NCBI GenBank assembly: GCA_964199315.1
Contig: OZ116711.1
Span: forward strand, 7,378,001 to 7,442,000
Direction: 5' to 3'
Source of the DNA: Orbicella franksi
Taxonomy: Eukaryota
Length of the DNA: 64,000 nt
A program made the position numbers and the translations under genes. This document shows, piece by piece, positions 41,401 through 53,939 of this stretch (positions are counted from its first letter, which is position 1; every line of letters starts with the position of its first letter). The notes under the pieces were generated by a model. The model ran no database searches and was not told the origin of the DNA. It worked only from the letters and a program-made list of their open reading frames with translations.

Positions 41401-43910
41401 GTTGCCTGGAAACCTCGGGTCATGTGGAATTGCACGTCTCCGTTAGGACAACCGAGTCACAAGAATCGAGATACTTAACTTTGTCAAATTTATCTTAATT
41501 CTCGCTGACTTTGCTTTCGTTATATGTTACCAAGATACCTTAAAGATCCTTAAAATTTCCAAAAAGCCCTGGGCTTCGTATTTCAATTTGCTGGATAAAT
41601 CGTCAAGGTATTGGCAGCAGGTAGGAGAGAGACATCTAATCGGAAAAGTAAAAAAACTTGTACGTTTGAAAGAAAATGGTACGAACCATTTTACAACTTT
41701 AAAAAGAATAGGTATAAAAGAAAATATCGTATGGTACAAGTGTCTCAACATAAAATGATGAATCTCTAAAGTAACCCAAGTTAAGTTACATACTTGCAGT
41801 AAAATGTACAGCACGGCCGCATCTCTTACATACATGTGTTGAATGAAACGACTCTGAATTATAATCAAACAGAGACAACAGTTATAACGAAAAAGAAATG
41901 TCATTCATTCAAAATGATGGGAAATCATTGTGATCTGTATTCTGTATATTACTTTGTGCTGGTTCTTTACGGAGTTAAATCTATGAGCTTTTTTTTCAAT
42001 GGCATATAATAGCAGGGCTTTCTATGCCTGAGATTTGTGAGGCTTCAGGATATTTTATATGGTGGTAACAGACGGGCTGACGCCCGAATCGTCAGTGGCA
42101 TAGCTTTACATTGGCGGTCAATTTCTATAACAATGTCCAAGTTGAAAAAGAGACGATTTCAAGGTTTTGCCTTGTTCGCTAATACAGCAGAACAGTTTTG
42201 CTAGAAACCATTCCCCTTATCATCAGACAAAATTTCCTCCTAAGAAGTCGCGGAATGACGAATCGGTCTAACAAATAGGTCCGCAAATAGGAATGAACGC
42301 TGGACTTACACAGGTTACTTCCAGGCATGGACTCTGTCTCGGAAAGGCCTATAAAGACGAAGTTTGCTTCTAACGGTTAGGACGTACTACCTGGCCGAAA
42401 ATAAACATACGCATTTCTCGTGGTGACGGGGTGGGGGGCAGGGAGAGGGGAGGAAAGAAGAGTTAAATTGACGGGAAAGTGACACGGAAATTTCAATTTG
42501 TTATGACATCGGAAACAAACGTTTTTTTTGGGAGCCAAAACCTTTCTGTGACATTCATTAGGTCGGGTGGTGTTTTAAGAAACACTTTCGGGCTTAAGGT
42601 GAGGATTAGCGCATTTTATTGTGTCTATATGGAGTATCTTAGGGCATATTTGGACGTCTTATATTTATGACACGGGTATTTTAGGAGGTGTTTCAGTCTA
42701 GGCGCCGTCTGCACCTCCTCGTCTGTGTTATTATCTTTTTTTATCGTGTGTACACATGCTTGTCGCCTTTTTCCTCTGGGTATAAGATTCCTCCTGAAAA
42801 GGAAAGCTAGTAATATATCAAGTCTATTAATATAGCTTGTGGTAAGGGTTGCCTGTATCCGGAAAGGTTCCAGTTATGTTAAAAGAAACTTACACCAAGG
42901 ACGTACACATACCAATGACATGCCAGTGGTATTAATCGGATTGAGGCGGGAATTCCATTTTGCATCTTTTTGTGGAACAGTTAAGTTTGTGAGGTCAAGA
43001 ATACTATATCCGGATCGAGTACAAAAATAAAACTTTTATATTCTTTTGGGAACTCAAAGGAAAATGATGTTGATAGATAGAATACAATCGCTCACTACTA
43101 TCCTGCACTGAATACGCGGGGGAATAAGTATCAGTTAATGACGACATTTTCGTCACCGGCGTTGCTAAGCAACGTGACGTATACTTATTACGTTATGCTG
43201 GCGCGCCTGGTTGCGCAGTACTGGTACTCGTGAGTACTCGAGCTTGCTTTTGATTGGGTGACAAGATTCGGAAAAACTTTGAAAGGGTGACTCAACAAAG
43301 ATTTTCCAAAAAGAACAGTTGTTTCCGGGAATGAAACGACATTGCAGTGTTACATGTTGTGGGGAAAATAACATGCTAATTACTCCGTCATATGATCCTG
43401 GTCAGGACAATTTAAAGAAATTTAGTAAGTAGGTCATTTTTAATTTACCTTCAATATTGATTCAACGTTGTTTTTCCGGCTATTTTCCGGCGTTGTACGA
43501 TATATACATAATACCGAAGATTTTTTGTTGCGCCTTACACAAGGTCCGTTAAGGCTAATACATTGTTATAAGCAAAAATTTCTCCGGTTTTAATTTCCGG
43601 AAGGGTGAAGTACTTAGCAACCTCGTTTCCAGGGTCTTTTCCCTGGCAAAGTACTTAGTACTTAGTACTTAATGCTTAGTTCATTATAGATACCCTGCGG
43701 GAGTAAAATGCTTTGCCCAAAAAAAAACAAGAACTCTAACGAGGCTGGAACCTAGACCTCTCGATCTGATATTTGTAAGACTTTTATGGTTAGGGTATGG
43801 AATTTTAGTTATCAGTTAAATACTCGGCGATTTCTGAGCTACCAGTTCAAATTTGAGCCCATTTCTCAACTCATGCAACTGACTGCAACTTTCGGCCAAC
43901 GTTCTCTAGT

Positions 43911-43944
<34 letters not shown>

Positions 43945-43974
43945 GTAATAATAATGATGATGATGATGATGATA
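43911..43974. repeat. (ATA)n-(ATG)n compound microsatellite
   Basis: Seen directly in the sequence. Confidence 0.95.
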
Positions 43975-44952
43975 TTGACTTTATTACCGTGTCAGTTACA
44001 TCTAGCAGTGGAGAATCCCCACTGCTAATAGGGGACACCTAACAGAACTATCTAAAAATAATATGCAGAAAAGTCCTATAAGAGAAATTAAAATTATGAG
44101 TTACAAAGATGGCAGCCACTGCATCCATCTAGGATGTTGTCTAGATCTAGTCTCCGTACGTGGGTCTTAAACTGCTTGAAATTTTTGTCTAGTTCCACAA
44201 GCCTAAAGCCAACTATAAATTTCTAGCATTATGAGCACAGCTAAATACTTTTATTTTCTTACATGCAGTAAGGGCAGAATCCAGACTATTGAAAATTGCC
44301 GCTCCCGCACGATTGGTCAAAACATGTCACGTGACACGCGAGCTGAGCGAAATGAATAAAGTTGAGAGAAAGCAAGAGGTTTGAAAAAACATGTTCAAAA
44401 TCATAAAGTGAGTTGAAAAAATGAAAAAAAATACTGAACTAAATAAAAATGAAATAATTCTGATTCAACAAAGGAAAGTTACTAATAAGCTAGCTCGGTG
44501 ACTGCCAGAATACTCGAAAAAAACGAGTAGCTAATAGTTTGGCAAATTACTTAGGTGAACGGATTTCCGATGCTCTCCGGTATCTTCTATCATTCCAAAG
44601 TAGAAGCTCAATTTAATGGAATGATAGCTGAGGAATGGTTGGATGTTTCTATGATAATTTTGACCTCACGTTAGTTTCCAAGTCTGTACTTGGTAAGTAA
44701 GATTGACTGTTTACCGAAGAAGCTGCCTTATATTTTATCTTTTCATAAAACATCACGTAATTGAAACTAGCGCGCATACCAAAATGAGACAGAACGGTAA
44801 TTGACGAAGATTAATTATCTCTTTATTTGTCCGACCAGTCGGCTAGCATTACACAACGACCTACAACGAAAAGGTTACAGAAAAGGACTCGTTTTGTTTC
44901 TTCACAACTCGCCAATTATAAAAGGATAACCTGGACTATTGCTACGGAATAG

Positions 44953-45016
44953 ATGGCTGCATCTACAGGCGTTGTTATCGCTTTTATTCTTTCCTTCATC
45001 CACCATGTTGAGTCTG
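44953..45016 (+). CDS. F5/8C-GPI gene exon 1 (signal peptide MAASTGVVIAFILSFIHHVES)
   Basis: ATG, hydrophobic core and G|GTGAGT in phase 1. Confidence 0.78.
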
Positions 45017-48000
45017 GTGAGTACAATCGAGTCTTGAATGACTGTCTCTTAGATGGTTTTAGAAGTGTGCTTAAATAAGACTAAATAATATCTTAAAACT
45101 AAACCGAAAGTGCAGTGGAAAATCCCTACATAATCTACTAAAGAACACATGAGAACTCTGAACTCATTCTATATTTTGATAACATTGAACAATAAACTTC
45201 ATCAGAGATCAACATCAACATTATATTATATATACCTTCATTCTTACACAAAAAACATGTAAAATGTGCATCTTTAAGCTGTGAAGAAGGTCTTTCAATT
45301 CTATTCTAGTAAGAGATTCATATCATTTGTTACTACTGATACAATTGGGACAAGTTGACTGTTTATAAGTTGCAGTGACCGTGAGTGAATTGGCCGATAA
45401 ATTGCTGCAGTGAATCTTCGTTCCTGTTTTGGAGAATGAGAACGGACCTTCGCCGATTGCGCTTCGAAAAGCCGCGATAAAATCGTCAAATATACAACAA
45501 AGGATCATTTAAAACTCGAATACTATATTTGAGATGTTTGTATGATTTGTAGTTGGTGGCTGAGCAGAGTTTCCCTGCCCTTTTGTAGACTGATTCCGGA
45601 TCGATAGTTCCTTTGATAACCGGTTTTTCCTCTGCTAACAACAGAGGATTACAAAGAGATTAGTCACCTTGTTAGAGGTTCTCTGAAGTCAATATACTTG
45701 TCAACCTTAAAGTGCTACGTTTTCTTACAAAGGTTGTTACAATCAGGGAGTATATAATTCCTTGCGAAACAAGTGCTTTGCCGGTTTATGTAAACAAAAA
45801 ACCCAAGTGCATCGTTTAAAACAATTTCAGAATTATTTACGCGAAACCGAACATAACTTTGTTGGGCTGTAATGGACTTTAAATTTTAACGACAATGCCA
45901 TACACACAGAAAAAAAACAACAGAAAACATTTTGATATTTCATTGCCTGTTTTTAGGTTTTTAATCAGTGATTTTATTCGTGATAAGTAGAATAAGAATT
46001 AACTTGAAATATTTCGTCATGTTCTAAAATGCCTTCTGAATTTATGAGATAAGCAAAGCGTTCTTTGGGCGGCGCGTCATTTGAAATCTCCAAATGATTA
46101 ATTATGTGTAAATTTGGACGTTGCATGCTTTCCCGAGCGGCAGACATAAAATTGCCCCGGAAACCACTTTGAGATGGACTGTCAAGGAACAAGATTAATG
46201 ATTATTAATTACTGTCAACGGTCTAACCTTGGAAAACACTTGCGCTGTCAAGGCAGGTCACGTCATACATTTTCAGGATTATCACTGTATCACTGTGATG
46301 ATCTACTGAGTTAGACTAATTGTAAATCATGGAATTTCAACAATTAATACCTGAAGTAGAGGATAAGAAGCATTGAATGATGTTTTAATAATGATAGTTT
46401 TTCATTTGACACGCCTGTCTTTAGCTTCTGGAGAAGACTTTTCTGAACACAGGGGTAGGAATGGACACGCCTTCATTGAATATCAGTTCACTTTATCATC
46501 TTCTCGAATATTTTAACTTTATATAAATTAACTTTTACAGGATAAAATACTAAGTTAAGTTGAAGGAACGAATAAAGATATTGCAAATCGGTGTGAAAAT
46601 TGGATAAAGTACGAAAAAACTCTGGCTTAAATCGCCCGGTAATGACAAGTAAAAATTTGGAATTGAAGAGGTTAACCGTTCTCGAAAATCAGTTTTCTTC
46701 GCTCGAAATTGGAGTATTCCACTTACTTATGCACCGCTGTCTGCAAAGGTAAAAAAATTCTGAAACTTGGGAGGAAGAGTTCTAAACCGTATTCATGCTA
46801 ATTACGAATCATTGAACGAGCAGAGCTTGAAAATAAGTTAAAATTCCGTAGGCAACTGACCGAATTGCCTACCTCTAAATTACTACTAAACATAAGCCTG
46901 TGAAAAACAGGTCGTTTATTTTGAGCAGACTATAGCTACTTATCATTTATTTATTTAGTGAAGTAATAACTTGCCGGTGACCTATAACTTAAGCTACTTG
47001 TGAACAAAAGGCCTTTAAATTGTTTGCAGAGGTTTGAGTAGTGAAAATAAAGTGTGCACATCTTTATCAAGACAGCAAATGGATAATGAATGGCAATTAT
47101 TAAAGCAGGAGTTTAACTTTCCTGGGATCCACGCCGTTCTCTTTTCAGGAGACTAAATAAAACTGCATGAGAGAAAACCGTCAGCTCTTTGAAATGTTCG
47201 CATCCTTTACCACGGCTTCGTTTCCTGGCTAGCGCTCTGCTCAAGAAGTGAAAAGCTCGCTGAACAACTTTCTACCTAATATAACTTAGCTTTCCAACTG
47301 AACTAGACATTCCTTATTAATCATCCCACGTTGAGGACCTTTCATAACAGTCATGGAAAATTATTTTCGAATTCGCCGTACTCAAGTCAAAAAGAGAATT
47401 TGTGTTTCGACGGAGGTAAATGTTTCACTTGATAGAAAGTGAATTCCCAAGACTAGTCGGAAGACTGCCAGGTTCCAATTTCGCGAGATAATGGTTCAAT
47501 ATGTCCCGTTTTGGCACAGAGAAAATACTGACTTTTTTCTACGTTCTGAGAATAAACTTTCGCATGTTCTCACTGACATAATTGTCGAAAATAAAACACT
47601 CGCGAAAAGAAAAAACACAATAGTGATCAATTATTTATTGGAGAGCTTGAAAAAATAAATCAAACTCTGGCACTTGAACTGTAAATAACTTGTGGAATAC
47701 CAGTCATAGCTCAATCTAGATTCATTTCAGATACGCCTACTTTGTGATACCGCAATAGAACGGCTTAACATATGGCCCTTGTTGTACGTAAATCATAAAT
47801 CAACTGTGCGGGCCTACATTCGATCTCTATGGGGCTGCAAAACTACTCAAAATACCTACTTATCTCAATACTGTTTTTTTTCCCCTTGGTAAATTTGATA
47901 TTTCCGCACATTTTCACTTTCTAGCTTTGAGCGCGTATTATGGAGGTCGTTGATCGCACGTAGATCGTGAAAAATTTCCCACGTCATGTTTCTTAAATCA

Positions 48001-51000
48001 TCATTCGTAGTTCTTTTCAGTATTTCTTAACCTTAATTACCCTCATATTTCTTCGTGATTAATGATTGTTACGTTTTTATACTTTTCTAGCTCAGTTTAC
48101 TAAAGATTCGAGGCTTATTTTGTTATAAAGTTAATGGTGTTTTATTCCATTGTACAGACTGTAATCTTGCCTTGGGAATGGTCACGGGCGACATCCGGGA
48201 CTCTCAGATTACTGCCTCGTCTTCTAACTCGGTGTGGACGCAGCCTTTTGCCGGCAGACTCTGGAACAAAAGGTGAGCGGGAACCAGTGTGATGTTTAGT
48301 ACAGCACGCAATGTTTGTGAATTCCTTGGTTGGATTTTAATAAGATCTCCATGTTTCTTTTGCTTCAAAAAACCCAAAGCATTTTAACCGAAAAATTGCG
48401 TATTTTTTGTTGAATTCACCAACAAATACCTCGCAAGATGAAAGTCCAACTTACCACGTTAAAGCATTGCATGCTTAATAGTTTTCATTTTAGCGGTCAC
48501 ACACTAGCTAGGATTTTATTTACAGGCGAGACTTAAAAGTTTGAATCACCTTTCACAGCAAAATAAACATTACAACATCAAATTATTGCACACTTGGGTT
48601 TCGTGCACAAAAGTTGTAGCTCAATGTAAAGTACTGCTCAATGGCATTCATTGGAATGGTCACACACTAGGGTTTCATCAACAAACGTTAAAGTTAGGTT
48701 AAAACCACCTTGTACAGGAGAATATACAGCACCACATGAAAATACTGCACAACAGCTTTCATTTGAACGGTCACACACTAGGGTTTCATCCACAGACTTC
48801 ATAGTTAGAACCACTTTTTACAGCAGAATAAACAATACCACATGAAAGTACTGCACAATAGCTTTCATTTAAATGGTCACACACTAGGGTTTCACCTACA
48901 AACTTAAAATTAGAACCACGTTACAGAGTATGTGATAGTACTTCGTGAAAGTACTACTCAATAGCTTTCCTTTGAAAGGTCACACACTCGGCTTTCATCC
49001 ACCTTATTAATAGATAAGCATACACTTTCACGGAATTTTGATTTGTTTTGGCCACGTATAAAATTACCTTTAAATTGAAGCAAACTTGAAAATAATAGTT
49101 TACTAAGATAAAAAAACACCCAAAGAAAAGAAACAAGGATGGTTAAGGGTGGAGAAGATTAACACGGATTCCAAACGACGAACTTCAACAATTTATCAGG
49201 CTAAACTTTTCAAGATGTCCAAACCGTGACGTAGCTTCTTTAAGTACTTTAAATGCCATCATAGGATAGAGCATTTTACAACTGAGTGTCGTAAAACCAA
49301 AACCAAAGCAATTACTCCAGCAAATCACAAAGGACGCAGACAATTCAGTGAACCAATCAAAAACTCAAAGTAATTACATGTAGCTGACGCAAAGCGCGAG
49401 AAAACGAGTGCGAGTGAGCTTGGTTTTACTTCTGATTGGACGAAAAAGTGGCGCGAGTTTTTTAAGCCAATCGTGTAGCGTAGTTGGTGCAAAATCAGTT
49501 ACTTTTCGACACTCAAATGAAAACCGCTCTAATGTTAAATTAATTAACCCCGCGATGTTGTTTCTTTCGCTTTGAAAGATGAACAAACTTACTAACTGGT
49601 TCTTCGTGTTTTCCCGGTGTAGACGTATTCAGCACCAGACCTTTGGTGGTTGGTGTGCGATGGACTGGGACGATAATCCATACTTGCAGATTGATTTCGG
49701 CCAAGAAACAGTGATAACAGGCGTGGCCACGCAGGGCTTAGACTATCCACTGGGGAACTGGGTCAAAAAGTATTCGTTAAACTACAGTTGTGACGGCGGA
49801 GTGAGCTGGAAAACATATCAAACTTTTGACAAACACACGGTAAATATCCATATTCAGACAGCATTGCCTCTAAGAACAACAACAGCAACAGTAGCATAAA
49901 AAGAAAATCATTCAAGAATTGAAGAAAACAGAAACATGTGGAAATACTTTTGAACCCGAAATATGCATCACAGTTATTCAAGGTGGGAGCAATGGAAAAA
50001 ACAAACAAGAAAACAAAAACTAAAACAAAAGCCAAACTGGTTCTCTAAGTTGTAAACCTACAGTGTTAGAAGGAATCTGAGTCCACTAATTTACGCCCTT
50101 GTTTAAAATTGTTTTAAACATTGCAACAATGTCAACAAAACAGAAGATACAGGCAATATCATGTGAAAATGAATTGAGTGGTCAGAGCCCAGTCTGTCAT
50201 AATCTGAGAGACTCCAGCTTCTATAGGAGACGAGAGACCATTTCAGACATGTAACAAATTTCTAACGACATGCTGAATTTTTCGTAGGCACTGAAGGGAA
50301 ACAGCGATGACAATTCCGTCGTGACAAACAAGCTAGATGAGGCTATCATAGCACAAGTGATAAGAATCAGAGCATTGGAATGGAATGCACACGGCACCGC
50401 GTGCATGAGAGTAGAAGTTTATGGATGTAGCACGAAAGGTAAATTCAGATGAGTCCATAACTAGGAGATATCGCATCTCTGACTCTGAGTCTCTGCTAAT
50501 CACATTCATGAGTGGGTTATTTAAAAAAAAAAAAAACAGTTTCACTGAAAGAATTTAAAAAACAAAATACAATTCTATCTTAATTTTTGTTTGATGAGCT
50601 CAACGATTGGTTGAAAGAACGCATGCAAAGTGCCCTTACCAATCCTGGTGAGTTTGATCAACCAATCAGGATGGATCAATGTTTAAACTAGCCATGACTA
50701 GGCTGACGTGCGTTTTCCCGCGTTTGGGACGGGTTGTATGTTGTCCTGCCTTTAACCTGTTTTATTTCCCCGCGACAGACAAAGCTTGCATGTTTCCTCG
50801 CACTTGGCAAGGATACCATGTTTTTCCTCGCTTAGTGCGGGCCGCATGTTTTCCTGCCTTTGATACTTGTTAGATTTTTTTACGCGCCTGTAATTAATGC
50901 CTGCGTGCGCATGTTTCCTTGCACTTGGCACGGGTGGCATGTTTTCCTGCGCTTGACACTGGTGTTGCAAAAGCGCCTCGAGTTCTGATTGGTTTATTTG

Positions 51001-52828
51001 GTCATTTACATTTGCTGTGATTGGTCAGATGGCACTTTGGTGTCCAGCCTTTCAAAGCATGTTGGTATTCCAGAGTGTTTTTTTTGGTATTTCAGATGGT
51101 TTAAACGTATGGGTTAGTGATTTCAATAAATCAACACAAAGCACTAAGTTGATTCTTCTTTTCACTAATCCTTCGACAGACGGTCGCTACAAGGACTGCC
51201 GCGCTGCAGCAGGATTGGAGAAAAGGCAAATACCTGATGAACAGGTTTCTGCGTCCAGTTTTATCAAGGGACACCACCCGTCACAAGGCAGGCTCAATAA
51301 CGAGGTCAAACAAGTCAATGGTTCTACATTGTGGGGGAGCTGGTGTGCAAAGACTGAAGATGTGTTCCAATACATACAGGTACCAGTCCACACATCGTTT
51401 ATGTGTCAAACTTCCAACAACTGCAAAGAAAGCTTCGCTCATTCAAGATAAAGAATTGAATTGAACAAAGAACAAATTGCAGTTGGTATTTAGCAATTTT
51501 TCCAAGACACAAGGGTGGAATTTGAAACATTCTGCCCGAATTTTACAATTTGAGATTAAAACCTGGTGCATGTGAAATTCATGATAGCATCACTTAAATA
51601 GCTTAAATATTAAATGCACTAGTATAGTAATTTTTTAACAAAGCTACACAATTATTTGTAGTCTCCATTGATATAAATGTGTCTTTTGACTTTTAACGTT
51701 TCGAAGTCATGTTTATGATATAGCCCGTGAAGGTTTTAGTAAACATTTTACCATTTTCGCAGGTCGACTTAAAAAAGGTTCGGAACATCTCTGGCGTTGC
51801 GACTCAAGGTTCTTCGATGGGGACCTGGGTAACAGAATATACGTTAAATTACAGTTTGGACGGCTTACTGTGGGAAACCTACAGCAATCACTCTGGGAAG
51901 GCGAAGGTAAGAATAAGAGACAACGATATCTACTAAAATGCGACTTTCCCACTGTCGAGGTGCTGCAGCAAATTTTGTTATTGATTCACAGGTGTTCCGT
52001 GGAAACTGGGACGAGATGACAGTTAACAAGAACATGTTTGAGCGGCGAATCAGAGCTCGTTTTGTTCGATTTAACCCGAGGGCCTGGAGACTACTCGGTC
52101 AAATATGCATGAGGGTGGAAATTTACTTGTGCCAGGTTTACCAAGGTACGTTCCTTATAAAATCGAACCCAGCCCCTACTCTAGTGTGAAAATTCAACAT
52201 GGCGGCAACCGAGTGTTCCCTCCACTATCATGTATTAAAATTAAGACATATAAAGTAAGAAATAATGGTGTAAAGTAGCTATTAGTATTGCAAGTAGTAT
52301 AATGCAACTGGTTTAGTATCGTAAACAGTGTAAAGTAGCTGCATAAGTATTGTAAGTGGTGTAGAGTAGATGTGTTAGTATTGTAAACAATGTCAAGTAT
52401 TGCAAGTAGTGTAAAGTAGCTGTGTTCTATTCTACGTTGTGTCAGTAGATGTACTGTAAAGTTAGTCGCTAAGTATCAGTATTTTAAATAATGTAAGTAG
52501 ATGTATTGTATAAAAATATAAGTTTACTAAAGATGTATTAAAAAGACTAACTCAAACATATTTACTGCTTATGACCACTGCAGGATGTTCCAGGACGACA
52601 GACCCGCTTCCAAAAACGACGGCTGCAGCGTCCTCATCAGATCAGACACACACTGGTTTAGGAGCTGTCACATCAGATAAGACAATAAACACATTCACGC
52701 AACCGGAAAACCCGAGATTTTCAAAGGAAGTCAGGAGAATTTACTCAAACGGAGTAAGAAACACAGCGACTTACCCCGTGTGGCTAGCGACTGTATGGTT
52801 AATACTGATAACGTTTGTTATGAAATAG
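44953..52828 (+). CDS. Gene model: predicted GPI-anchored protein with two F5/8 type C (discoidin) domains and a Thr/Ser stalk; 8 exons, 429 aa
   Basis: Exons 44953-45016, 48158-48272, 49623-49839, 50288-50438, 51180-51379, 51763-51906, 51992-52145 and 52584-52828 total 1290 nt in frame. C-terminus YSNG, a spacer, then a hydrophobic tail ending at the stop. Confidence 0.87.
48158..48272 (+). CDS. F5/8C-GPI gene exon 2
   Basis: DCNLALGM...DSQITASS...AGRL. Confidence 0.88.
48480..48990. repeat. ~106-bp unit family, ~5 tandem copies
   Basis: GGTCACACACTAGGGTTTCA repeated at ~103-113 bp spacing. Confidence 0.85.
49021..49239. mobile_element. Kolobok/T2-like MITE copy (left end missing)
   Basis: Same internal sequence as 6910; ends CGTGACGTAGCTTCT|TTAA. 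Confidence 0.8.
49267..49531. mobile_element. Full TAGAGCGG-family MITE
   Basis: TAGAGCATTTTACAACTGAGTGTCG ... CGACACTCAAATGAAAACCGCTCTA. Confidence 0.8.
49623..49839 (+). CDS. F5/8C-GPI gene exon 3
   Basis: GGWC...PYLQIDFG...ITGVATQG...WVKKYSLNYS.DG. Confidence 0.9.
50288..50438 (+). CDS. F5/8C-GPI gene exon 4
   Basis: LKGNSD...IIAQVIRI...CMRVEVYGC. Confidence 0.88.
50690..51040. repeat. ~28-bp GCATGTTTTCCCGCGCTTGG minisatellite with a MITE-like arm
   Basis: Degenerate tandem units followed by TTCTGATTGG...GTGATTGGTCAG. Confidence 0.7.
51180..51379 (+). CDS. F5/8C-GPI gene exon 5
   Basis: DC...GLE...QVSASS...GRLNN...GSWC...QYIQ. Confidence 0.9.
51763..51906 (+). CDS. F5/8C-GPI gene exon 6
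   Basis: VDLKKVRNISGVATQG...YSLDG. Confidence 0.9.
51992..52145 (+). CDS. F5/8C-GPI gene exon 7
   Basis: VFRGNWD...ARFVRFNP...ICMRVEIYLC. Confidence 0.9.
52270..52500. repeat. Low-complexity GTAAAGTAG/AGTATTG tandem repeat
   Basis: Seen directly in the sequence. Confidence 0.7.
52584..52828 (+). CDS. F5/8C-GPI gene exon 8 (Thr/Ser stalk and GPI signal)
   Basis: CTGCAG|GA in phase 1; ...YSNGVRNTATYPVWLATVWLILITFVMK*. Confidence 0.82.
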
Positions 52829-53356
52829 CTGTTACAGGTGCATTGGCTCGAGTCGTGCCCAGACTTCCGCAGATGACTAGCGCTACGGAGCTCGCTTTCT
52901 GATAAGCGGCGAACAAGCGGCAAAGCATTGAATTGATCATAAAAGCAAATTTAAATATTGCGGAGTAAGGGAACCTACGCTCATCGACAGGTGGTTATTT
53001 CGTTAAGGCAAAGAAAAGAGACAGCTTAAAACGAAAATTAGCCACAAAAGGGATTTTTATAAAAAAAAATGTCCTTCAGTTAGTATTAAACAAGAAACAG
53101 AAACGCTGTAGAATTTCACACAAAAACACAGTCGCGTAATAAGCACAGCTCATTTATGTAAAAAGTTAAAAGTACAAACTATTACAAAGTAATAAAACTT
53201 AAATAAATAGGTATAAAAATAAATATCCTTCTTGTATATAGCAAAGTATTGAATTGCTGCAGAATTCTAACTATATCATGTTTGATCCAGACCATTTTAA
53301 CTTTATGCTATCTCCATCGAAAGGGCATTTTCTCTACAGAATCATTTCCCTTAATG

Positions 53357-53525
53357 GACCATATTCGTGTTCTCGGTACTGGACTGGAACTAGCTTGCAA
53401 TTGAGGCTCATGCGGGGGAATATCATTAAAAAGAGATTAATGTCATTTGCATTTGAAAAGACTCCCTGCATTAGCCTCAGTTGCAAGCTAGTTCCAATCT
53501 AATACCGGGAATACGGTTGTGGCCT
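53357..53525. mobile_element. MITE with long imperfect TIRs
   Basis: GGAACTAGCTTGCAATTGAGGCT and AGCCTCAGTTGCAAGCTAGTTCC. Confidence 0.75.
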
Positions 53526-53939
53526 ACTGCCCAACTAGCAACTACAGACCTTCTACTCCGGGAATTGCCTACATCCCTTAAGATGGCAAAGTCACAAGCT
53601 AGCTTTGATATTCTCATATTTACATTAAATTCTGGCATTTAGAAAAATTCAGTTTTCACAATTAACGTCGCAGGGTCTTTTAAATAATCCTGAACAAACT
53701 TAATAATCTGTTGGGAAGTGATCTGGTCGAGACGTGCCTGGACTCTAGTCCCCAGCCTCTGCATTTCCTCAATAGGAGGATAGAACGCGGCATGTTGGTG
53801 ATCCTGGTGTTGAATAATGCACAACCGGGGGTAGTGGTATAACGCTGGAACGTTCTCGGCTTGTCTTCCTAAATAAAGGGACAAGCTTTTGTTACAGGTT
53901 ACAAGGAAAAGGAACTCGGGAACCGAGCCAAATTTTAAA

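Noticed and set aside
43786-44028. ORF with poly-Ile/poly-Met looking like a TM helix
   Set aside because: Product of the (ATA)n(ATG)n microsatellite.
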